A stretch of DNA of 54,407 bases, filler included, from Catajapyx aquilonaris (Eukaryota), in the NCBI GenBank assembly GCA_000934665.2. It is 3 parts of 3 records of this genome, joined end to end, with 100 filler letters (N's around TTAATTAATTAA, not from the genome) between each part and the next. Parts side by side here need not be neighbours in the genome. Positions count along the whole stretch, not along the records: positions 1 to 18,089 come from JYFJ02006793.1; positions 18,190 to 36,252 come from JYFJ02006794.1; 1 more part is not named here. One strand, 5' to 3'. Every line of letters starts with the position of its first letter. Within the stretch, counting starts at the first letter, position 1. Positions 13,670-23,900 of this stretch are shown here, in pieces. The notes beneath the pieces were generated by a model. It had not been told where the DNA came from and ran no database searches. It saw only the letters and a list, made by a program, of their open reading frames with translations. Both the position numbers and the translations under genes were made by a program.

Positions 13670-14343
13670 GGGGAAGTAGCCTTGGTCTGGGATTTGGGAT
13701 TTTTGTTCATAACTAGCTAGCCCATGCCTGTAAACATACATTCCATCACTCTGTTGCATCAAAATGACATTACTGGATAAATTACGGCACATTTAAAAGT
13801 GCCTTCAAAATTGGCGGGAAAAACGGGGCAGCCGGGTGGTGCCAATCGAAAGGGTACACTGAAATGCCTGGTTGACTGCGAGATATGAGGAATTTGACTT
13901 TGAATTAACCGCGGACACGACGGAAAGCATTCGCAAGGAAGCTGTAGGCCATCGAGGTGGAGAAAAGGGGCCTTCATGTGCCGAATTCGTGTGACAGATA
14001 ATTCCTACCAGTTGGCACCACTGTCAGCCCAGAAGCGACTTGAGCGGGCTGGAATAAATACGCGCCCCGGCCGCTATCTTGCTCACGGAATGGGACGGTT
14101 GCTAACAACAGCGAAGCATTTTACAACAATGACGGGGCGCGTTCTATAACACCATTTTTGCGTTCATTTCACTTCGCGTGACGTCAACATTTTCGAGGCA
14201 AACAGTGACGTCACCATTTGCCTACGAAAAAACGCCAATATCTCCGGAACTGAAACTGATATCTTAAAACGGAATATGCCAAAAAAATCCAAAAAATATG
14301 GGCGAATTTATTATGTAGTTTCCAAAATGAAGGCTACTTCCCC
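13670..14343. mobile_element. 674-bp non-autonomous DNA transposon, copy 1
   Basis: 14-bp TIR GGGGAAGTAGCCTT, flanked AAT | ATT; same-length near-identical copy at 45733-46406. Confidence 0.85.
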
Positions 14344-14376
14344 ATTCTGGCACATAGCAATAACATTATGCTACTT

Positions 14377-14720
14377 TTTTTTAAAAACCCCATGATAAGG
14401 CGGAGCCTTTTTAGGGGGATGGCACACCACCATCAGTTTTCTGGTAACTTTGTACTATTTTTTCTTCGCTCACCAGTGCAAGGAGACAGGGACATGGGTA
14501 AGGATAGGGATTTTTGAGGAGGGAACATAGGGTGCAAGTGCAAGGTCTGTAAAGGGGTCGTATGCTGTTCCCCAGGAGGTTAGGTTGCCAGACACCTCCA
14601 AGGTGCAGGTCAGAGACCCTCCTGACGCAGGTGAAAGGAAAACTCTCCAGGCGGAGATCGAACCTGTGGCTTTCACTCAGCAAGCCGAGACGTTACCATC
14701 TCGGCCATCTACACCTCCCC
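14377..14720 (-). mobile_element. tRNA-derived SINE, family B
   Basis: A box TGGCCGAGATGG and B box GGTTCGATC on the minus strand; 14-bp TSD ACATTATG(C/T)TACTT (14363-14376 / 14721-14734). Confidence 0.85.
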
Positions 14721-15109
14721 ACATTATGTTACTTACAACGTACACAATAACATGGCATTTACATGTTATACACAGGAGAAAATAACTTCAACATGACCAG
14801 GAGTTAGGTTACTAATCATCACTCTGTAGACTGCATTATCTATGCAGTGAATTCAGAGGGAATTTTCAGTAGTTTGATCACGGCTTTAGGAAGGCTGCTG
14901 TAGTTCTTCGGTGGTATTGTCTGCAGTGTTAAAATAATAGGATCGAAAGACACTAGCAACATGTACATCAGCCGATCAGGGAAAATATAAACATACACAC
15001 GGGCGTGAAAATTCACACCTTGGTGCAAGTTTTACCCTTACTTAGGCATAGAAAGCAGTTCCAAGCAGCCAATTTCGCTTTAATTACAAGAACTACAGTA
15101 TCAGGGAAC

Positions 15110-15339
15110 GACCGAAGCAGGTTGGCATAGTGGATAGGGCGTCCGACTGCTAATCGGGAGGTCCTGGGTTCGAATCCCGGGGCCGGCAACCCTGACCGTG
15201 GTTTTCTGTGGTTTCCCACGGTCTGTCTAGGATAATTCCGGGGTCGCTTCCGTATAATAGGCCACAGCCGCTTCCTTCCTTCCCTATCCTTGGAGGTTGA
15301 AAGGCAATGCTGGGCCAACCTCCTTAATATCAATTATAA
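15110..15339 (+). mobile_element. tRNA-derived SINE, family C
   Basis: A box TGGCATAGTGG, B box GGTTCGAATCC; 13-bp TSD AGTATCAGGGAAC (15097-15109 / 15340-15352). Confidence 0.88.
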
Positions 15340-16044
15340 AGTATCAGGGAACAGATGAGCGCGACTTGATGATAGTGCCTCATAGTGCCTTCTGTGCAAC
15401 TCATATCTTATCGGCTGCTAATAACATTATGGAACGTCCATCATAATATATAATTTTAAGCGTTTGATAAAAATGTGCACAGTAACTTTTACATGTAATT
15501 GTTGCCTGAGGTCGTAAGGTAATTACTGGTCAAATTTGAAAATCGTGTCTCTATTTCTTGATGAATTACATAACTCTGCGTGCTTGCATAAAATCGTCAG
15601 TTTACATCTGATATCTTGTTTCTGCCTGTTTCACTGGATCCAGAAACGTCAATTTTAATGCCAGTGGAAAAATTTTCCACGTTCCTTGTGGCCCAAGTAT
15701 TACTCTCCTTTGCACGTTTTTTTATTTTCAAAATAAACAATTTTGCTTTTACGGAATTGTGTCCTTCAAAATGTGCTCTCCCGGCCACTGTGCGGCGGGG
15801 CCGGGTGGTAGGCCGAGACTGCTGATTGGCTAGCTGTATCATGCTGGGTTTATCTCTATTGGAGTACGGTTTGAAGAGAGTGTCCTGCCCAGATGTCGTG
15901 TGTTAATGCTGCTTTGGACTCTTTATTATGCCGGTGGATAGGGACATGCACACTGACTCCGGTACTCAAAATGGAAGGGCAGAAATGCAATGAAATTTTG
16001 CTCTCTCCTGCTTGGGTCAGAGATGGAGTTGCACTTTGCATTTG

Positions 16045-16260
16045 TCATGCTGTATGGCTCTATGTTACTGCAATAGTACTGTCCTTTGTTGTGGCCCTGC
16101 CAGGCATGGTTCGTTGCCCTGCAGGAATTTTTTAGTTCAGTGCGAGCGAAAGCTCGCTCTGCTCTTATTGTGGGTTTTGTATCTGCAACATTTACTCTCC
16201 GTCTTGTGGTACCACAGGCCAACAAACATTATTGTCGCTTTACCAAGCTCCAATCGCATG
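16045..16260. repeat. Unclassified dispersed repeat
   Basis: Homologous in inverted orientation to ~45475-45670. Confidence 0.6.
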
Positions 16261-16549
16261 CAAGCGTCACCTGTCCAAACACCGCTGATATCTTGCTTGC
16301 ACGTTTGATCGATTTATCATTCGAATGATTAGTTGATGCCCCTACAATGCATTTCCCTTGGCAACGGGCATTCCAAACCACATTCCATGCACAAGCAAGC
16401 GTCACCCCAGTCAGCCCATCCCAACACTGCACTGCAGCGAACTGACTCGGCGGCAAAAAGAATATGTGATGGGGGCTAATATTCCTGGGGGTGAAGCTGT
16501 GGGGGCAGAGTAAGCAATTGCCTAGGGGTGGCTGCAAGCTGAATATATA

Positions 16550-16917
16550 CAGGATGGTCCAACTTCAAGTGTCATTTTATAACGGCGATTAATAGAAGTG
16601 ATTTTGTGATGACGTAGCAGCAACGTGTAAAATGTCCCACTTCTTAGCAGCGCACATGTAATCAACCCTGCTGCTGGGTTGACCTGGAAAAAAGGAGGTG
16701 CACACATGACCTGCGATGCGCCTGGGTGAAATGGGTGAAGTCCATGGCACCAGATGGACCATGGACCTGTAATGCAAGGGGGAAGCCTGCAAACGAAACA
16801 CAGCAAATATTTTCGATGGCGCCGAAGTGGGTCATTTTACACTTGGCTGCTACGATAATCGTAAAGCGCTTCTATTAATAGCCGTTATAAAACGACACTT
16901 GAAGTTGGACCACCCTG
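16550..16917. mobile_element. Tc1/mariner-type MITE
   Basis: TA|CAGGATGGTCCAACTTCAAGTGTC...GACACTTGAAGTTGGACCACCCTG|TA. Confidence 0.8.
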
Positions 16918-17101
16918 TATATTTTTTAATAAAATGAAATTAAACTAAATTAAATATGAGAGAACACACGGGAAAAATGGAATTTTAAAGAGGCAAATGG
17001 CAGGGGGGGGGGGGGGGGNGGGATCTCAACTGCTAAGGGCGGCTTTGACTTACAGGGCTGCTTGTCTCTGAACAAGCACATTTCTGCTCAAGTATTGTAT
17101 A

Positions 17102-17525
17102 CAGGGTATATCTGAACTCAGTGCCCCAACGTATATGACTGCCTTCCTAGCCACCAGAGGATCGATTTATGTAGAGGAGTCATTATGTCTGGGCAGCCTC
17201 ATTACTGAGATACACTCTTTAGCGATTTTTGCCTAATCGCTCCTTCTGACTTTTAAATAGAATTTTCTGGTGTAACTAGCCAAAGAGGCCTTACCACATG
17301 TGGGCAACAAACCAACAAAGTCCGGCCCCCAGACCTTCCAGAGCCTTCTGACTGGGGAGGGTTCGATGGGTGGCCTAACTGACAGGATATTTTGTACTAC
17401 ATGTTTGCGGCCAATTATCTCCGTAATGCGGCGGCCAGACATAATGACTCCTATACTTAAATCGATCCTCTGGTGGCTAGGAAGGCAGCCATATACGTCG
17501 GGGCACTGAGTTCAGATACACCTTG
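17102..17525. mobile_element. Tc1/mariner-type MITE
   Basis: ~110-bp TIRs starting CAGGGTATATCTGAACTCAGTGCCCC; TA flanks. Confidence 0.8.
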
Positions 17526-18089
17526 TATATGAATATTTGAAGGGGTGGTGGTGTCATTTGAAATTAAAAAGTTGCTAAAGCAAAGACCCAAATCACGCTT
17601 TGTGTGTGCCAGTAAACCTTAAGGTGCCCTGCCACTATATGTAGGGTCTAGTCCTATAATTTCATATTGCAGGAACATGGTTAAATATTTACATATCCTT
17701 GTGCCCATTTTGTTATTTGACCTTTGTGCTGGTACCTGACTGTCTTGTCAAAAACCATTTATATTTCCTCTGTATTGATTCTGTCGACCTCTAAACTCCT
17801 CATCTTTGTGCTGGAATGCTGCAGCACTAATGTCATGCAAGGCCTGGTGTATTGCTAAAATGGTTGCCAGTGTAAGGTGGGATTCTGTAGTGACTGTTTT
17901 TAGAAGAAATGGCATCAAATAACTGGTTTGTTATGAGAAGATCCTCTTGTATGGAGTGGTCAGTAGTTCCTATGTTCCCATGCATTGTAAAAAGTTCCTT
18001 GACCTACTCCAATACTAAAATATGCTATTCATGTTTGTCTTGGCACAGGTTCAGGAATCTTGCTACTTTCCCACTATGGAGAGTTACTG

Positions 18090-18189
18090 NNNNNNNNNNN
18101 NNNNNNNNNNNNNNNNNNNNNNNNNNNNNNNNNTTAATTAATTAANNNNNNNNNNNNNNNNNNNNNNNNNNNNNNNNNNNNNNNNNNNN
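18090..18189. other. Assembly gap linker
   Basis: N44-TTAATTAATTAA-N44 (stops in all six frames); identical design at 36253. Confidence 0.95.
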
Positions 18190-18349
18190 TCTCTATATAT
18201 TTGTACAACAACTTCGATCCTATGTTAAATAAAAAACCCGCAATGATTTTTTGAAACCGCTGCAATCATTTGTAGACACCCTGTATATAAAATAATCTTT
18301 CAGGTGTTTGTGTTTATGTTGGCAAGTACTGTACTTTCAGTGTACTGTA

Positions 18350-19227
18350 CAAGGGTCGGTCATAAAATTTCAATTATTGCATTTAAAAAGGGGGAATATC
18401 GAAATGATTTTTGCTGCGGGTAAAGCACACATCCTTGAACTCTCAGCGGGTGCAAATAATCCTGCGCAGTAGTAACGTGGAACATCGCTACAGCTTCCAA
18501 ACCAAAATGGTGCAACAGATCGAGGTTCGCGCGGTGATTCGCTTCCTACATTTGAAGGGGCCCAAAACCAAAGGGATTCGTGCTGAGCTGGTTTTCGTGT
18601 ACGGAGACAATGCCCCATCATACGACACAATGGTAAGATGGGACAGACGTTTCAAATGTGGACAAACAAGTCTGCAAGATGAACCCAAAGCGGGCGACTG
18701 TCTCTCAGTGAAGAACCAGGAATTGTTAAAGACATGGGAGGCCCTAGTACTCCCATACTGGGGTATAACTGTTGAAGCGATCATGGCAAAGGTCCACATC
18801 AGTCATGGGCCATCCACAATGAACTGCACATGACGAAAGTCGCCGCCCGCTGGGTGCTGTGATTGCTCACCCCATTGCCAAAAGCGAAAGGACGTGGCAT
18901 CACAAATGTTGAAGCTGTATCAGCTTGACCCAGGTGACTTTTTTCTAAGGCTGATCACTATGGATGAGTGCTGGATCTACCATTATGATCCAGAAACCAA
19001 GAAACAAAGCAAACAGTGGAAGCATGTGATTTTCGAGGAGAAGCACTTGCTGAACAGCCAGAAAGAGGCCTTCTACAACAAAGGTCTCCACCAGCTCATC
19101 CATTGATGGGAGAAGTGTGTAACTCTGGATGGGTCATATGTAGAGATGGTCTAACTCCACCACTAAATCTTGTGGAAGTAGCTCTCTTCTTTCGTGGTGA
19201 TAATAAAAACTTTATGACCGACCCACG
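18350..19227 (+). mobile_element. Defective mariner element (transposase pseudogene, internally deleted)
   Basis: TA|CAAGGGTCGGTCATAAA...TTTATGACCGACCCACG|TA; peptides RAVIRFLHLKG...YGDNAPSY, ITMDECWIYHYDPETKKQSKQW and WEKCV..DGSYVE, with frameshifts and stops; most of the catalytic core is missing. Confidence 0.9.
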
Positions 19228-20943
19228 TAGTGCTGAATAATTGAATCGGAGGGAAAAGTGAGACCCTTCCTCCACACATGTTGTAGAACATTTTAACAAA
19301 TCACTAACGTAAGTATAGCTGAAACAATTATTTTGTCAGCTCTTGTCTCCAGCAGCCATGATTGCGTTCTTATGGTGTTATCAGCCAATTCAAATACATG
19401 AGGGCAATAGCTACTCCATGTTTTTCATAATGATGCTTCCATTCATATCAGCAGAAATGTCTGGTCATCATCTATGATATGTTCATATTTACCCATGAAT
19501 GTAAGCTGGATATGTATGAGAACAGTATGAGTATGTTGCCAAGAAAACGTTTAATTTTGAGGTATGATCATTTCAGCTTCAGATGAAATTGTCGAGAGAG
19601 TATAACCTCTGTGTGTGGAATTTTAGTCCAACTGATAGTTACTGCTAACTTATCAGTGCCATGGCCAACACAGCTACTGATAAGTTAGCAGTATAGCTAT
19701 CAGTGGGACGAAAATTCCACCCTGTTATTAATTTGAAACTTTACCAAGTTTCATTAAATATCCAGTACACAACATATACGATATACCAATTAAAATGTGT
19801 AAGTAATGTTTTATGTCATACCCTATAATTCATTCAATCATGGACAATATACCTTGTCCCTAAATGAAGAGGTGTCCAGTGAGAAGGAAAGGACTGCAAG
19901 AATGACTTACTGCATTTCTCATTGCCTCGCACAAATGTCTCTAACAAAATAGGCTCTTTGGTCTCGCATTACCATGCAGTAACCTCTGGAGCACTGGTCA
20001 AATACTAGCCGTGAGGAGGGGGGGGGGGTGACATGCCCGCATGCAGGCAGCAGCCAACACCGTCGTCCCTAGTTTCGTCTCCTTGTAGATGACGATAAGT
20101 AACAGCCGTAACAGCAACAGCTATCTCACGTTTGAACTAGGCGCCAACTGTTTGAAAGACGACTAGCTCTGGTGGATTACCAAATAATTAGTTAATGATA
20201 CTAACACAGAAATTCATGCGCTATATGAATGAAACTGATCACAATATATGATGCATTTGAAATTAATATTTTAAAATACCATGTCCAAGTGACGAACTGT
20301 AGCCAGCTGTCGCTCTTTACCAAAGCAATTAGTGACCCTTTATACCAAGAGATTGGCCAACTTGGAGGATGTTTTTTATTGGCTACAATTCCCGCGCTCC
20401 GAGACGACAAAACATGGCGGCCAAAACGAAGTTGGCCAACCTCTTGGAATAAAGGGCCACTGAAGCAATAAACTATCAGCTCCATCTTGTAGTCATATAA
20501 AGAACCACATGTAATTGTGCGAAGATGTGTAACTTACGCAAGCAGAGAAGGGAAGTATTTTCGGTGCAGTAGGATGTCTGCATGTTTATGGTCGATACTC
20601 ACATGCGTGCCAACCTTCATAGCGTTGTCATTTATTAAAACCCGTATTTCAAACATGAGATGTCACAGTACAATTCCCATGGACAGAAGAAGGCCGTCAG
20701 AATAACCTGATTTCCAACTTCGTCTACATAAATTCATAATTATAGTTTAACTAATGACAGTTAGGGTTTCCGGTGTATTCTCTCGGAAATATTCAGAAGG
20801 ATTGTTATGAAATATGAACTTGAACGACCTTTGAACAAATCGAGAGACATTTCCGCGAAACAGAGAGCTGCGCAATGGTCAAGATATGAATCTGGAAAGG
20901 TTGGCAGGTGTGGACGGTAGTCGCGAGACTCGCAACCTGAAAC

Positions 20944-23900
20944 ATGGCTTCCGTGAAGCTCTCTTATTATTGCCACTCTTTACTGTGTACTCGCTCCGAT
21001 CGAACTTCTCCGTCCTGTAGCAGGAGTTCTGTGTCTTTCCCTCACATTCTGGTACTGGTTTTGGCGATCCTGGTGCTGTTGACGGGCTTGGGTCCACAGG
21101 AAGCGAGTTGCCTCCACCTGACTGGCGAGTGGAATACCTCCAAGGATTTCTTCGTGTTCTTGGCGAAGTTCGGATTCCAGAAGACTGATCTCCAGAGCAA
21201 GGACACCACTGAAGGGTTCATATATGGGAACATCACCTCTGACCACAACTTCACACATCCGGCTACTTTTGCTGTATTGGACAGAGGTAAGTATTAGTGC
21301 CAAGGGTGAGAGGGTGGGACAGCAGGGATCGGTGTTGCTTTATGGTGATGCTATGGTAATTGTGCAGAAGTAGTGACCAATAAGTATGCAAAATCCTCAC
21401 AAAACACCGGCTTGACTTAAGATGCCCGTGTTGTACTAATGAATTATGAATGACCAATGAGCATAGGAAATGTATGTGGTTAACTAAGGAAAATGCTATT
21501 GTTAGAGACTATTTGTGGTAAACGAGGACCATTTTCATGTGACCGGAATAGCTATTTCATGTAGTTTAGAGACCTCGCTCTTAGGGCCATGTAGCACAGC
21601 CATTTAACTTAAAGACCTATATGTGTGTTGTGTGAGGTAGAATACTTGCACAAATCTTAGCACTTGCTACAAAGACACAACACTTTAACAGTGAAGAAAT
21701 CCACTTAGGTAATAATGAATTAAATGCAGCAGGTGGACTCGATTCATATCATACAGTAGAACCCCGATTATCCGTCGCCCACGGGACTGAGGCATTGTCC
21801 GATAACAGAAAAGGTAGGATAATCCAAGGAGCAAAGGAAAACACAACAAAAAGCATTAAAAAATCATGAAACAATGTACAATATATTACGCATTTCTAAG
21901 AAATAGTGAAGTATTTATCTTTGACATACACACTCAGCTGTTTAAAATTTAACTAATAGTCCAGGTACTAAAGGGACAAATTTGGTCCAAACTTTGCATT
22001 TTTGTGACAACAGTATGAAATTCGGTACACTCTTTCTTTGAACACTTCTGAGCATATCTGGATGTGGGGCCACGATGACCTACCCAAGTGGAGGTCACTT
22101 TTGCAGGGTTGCCATAACTACCAGGTGCAGCATCCTTTAGGGCCTTGTATTCAGTGACAAAAACATAAAACTCTCTACAATTGGTCTTAATTGGACACTT
22201 CTGAACATGTGTGGAAGTGGGGCCATGATGACTGACCCCACTGTGGGTCACTCGGAAGGTTGCCAGATCTAACAGACCCAACATACCTCTCTGCGTAGAC
22301 CATGTGAATTGGGAGCATGCATTTGGTAATTAAAATGTGAAACTCGGTACGCTAGTTCTTTGAACACATCTCAACATATCTGGAAGTAAGGCCCCTGGTG
22401 GCCCCGCCAGGGGTCACTATCGCAGAGTTGCCAAATAAAACATGTGCTGCATACCTTTACATGAATAAGGGCCTTGCATTCGGTGATAAAACCTGAAACT
22501 CGGTACACTACCTTCCGTTTATTTAATATAGAGCCGTGTGTTTGACTCTAAACAACTCCCAGGCAAATTATTTTTTAAAAAAAGAGTATATATTGTTAGA
22601 AAGCTTGTTTAAATCTATGTTACATATATGCGAGTTGTTTTCCTATCATCAGTCACTAATTTTTTATCATAAAAAGAAGGCGGAAAAGTGTCATTTTTTG
22701 ACTAGTTGCTGACGTTATAACAGAAAGTGAATTTTTTATGATACTTTCAGGAGGCCAAAAAAATCCACCTGTCAACCCTGGACAGTGCACATCTTTGTCT
22801 ATCTAATGATATATTTGAAACATTGAGATCGCCATTTCTGCAATCATAATTGAGTTAATTGCACACCTCTGTTATCTCGGCTTAGACGGCTTTTTAGAAT
22901 CCGAATTACTTCGCGAATGTATCGACGGCAATCCAGAAATGTGTGTGATAAGATTACACCGTACTCTATTACACTAAATTTTTTTAAAGTATTTAAAAGT
23001 ATCGCCGTCTATTCCTGCCAGAAAGCGGGCTGGGTCCTTTTCTATAAAACTAACTAAAACAATACTTTTAACATTTTTAGTGTAATAGAGCACAATGTAA
23101 TCTTATCACGCACATTTCTGGCTTGTCGTCGATACATTCGCCAAGTAATTCGGATTATAAAAAGCCCAGATAACAGACGTGTGCAATTAACTTAATTATG
23201 ATAACAGAAATGGCGATTTCTAAGTTTCAAATATATCATTAGATAGACAAAGATGTGCACTCACTTTGCGGTGTAACGTCGGCAACTAGTCAAAAAATGA
23301 CACTTTTCCGCCTGCTTTTTACGATAAAAAATTAGAGACTGACGATAGGAAAATAACTCGCATATATGTGACATGGATTTAAACAAGCTTTCTCACGATA
23401 CATACCATTATTTTTTTGGATAATTTGCCTGGGAGTTGTTTACAGTAAAACACAGGGCTCTATATTAAATAAACAGATAGTAGTTCTTTGCACACTTCCA
23501 AACATATATAGACGTGGGGCCACAATGACCCACCCTGATGGAGGGTACTATCGTGGGGTTGCCATATCATGTACCGAGTTTCATACTTTTGTCACAAAAT
23601 GCAAAGTTCAAACCCTTAGCACCTGGACTATAAGGCAATACAAAACAAATTATAGTAGGCCTGCATTAGAGTATTTGATGAGAAAACATTGATTTATTGC
23701 TGGAGCAGGAGGGGCAGATAATTCGAGGTTGGATATATGGGGTTCTACTGTAGTGGTGGTTAGCAGTGGTGTGCATTTGGTTGTGTGTTTCTGACTGATA
23801 AAACTCAGGATCTCAGATGAAGCACATTTTATGAGCAAAAAAATATCATGCTCTGATTTCATGTGTATATGCTATTAGCCATATCCAGGAAGTACCAAGC

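Larger units (their letters stand above)
12935..15792 (-). mobile_element. Internally deleted Transib DNA transposon with nested insertions
   Basis: Both ends start CACAGTGGCCGGGA; exact 5-bp GC-rich TSD CGGCG (12930-12934 / 15793-15797); ~120-bp subterminal repeats containing CAATATGGC at 13010-13225; minus-strand peptide MLLVSFDPIILTLQ...LPKAVIKLL (~14860-14965) resembles Transib transposase C-termini. Confidence 0.8.
21754..23750. mobile_element. Tigger-like MITE, interrupted
   Basis: TA|CAGTAGAACCCC...GGGGTTCTACTG|TA; uninterrupted relative at 30225-30541. Confidence 0.8.

Noticed and set aside
15110..15185. tRNA gene (also the heads at 3050, 27285, 32310, 41065, 42067)
   Set aside because: A and B boxes are present, but each continues into a shared repeat body, most with tail and TSD; these are SINE heads.
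12935..15792. Intact RAG1-RAG2 (ProtoRAG-like) transposon
   Set aside because: No long ORF and no RAG2-like sequence; only short putative transposase remnants, and the spacers are symmetric.
18134..18145. TTAATTAATTAA motif between N runs (also 36297-36308)
   Set aside because: Identical artificial contig linker; order and distance across it are not guaranteed.
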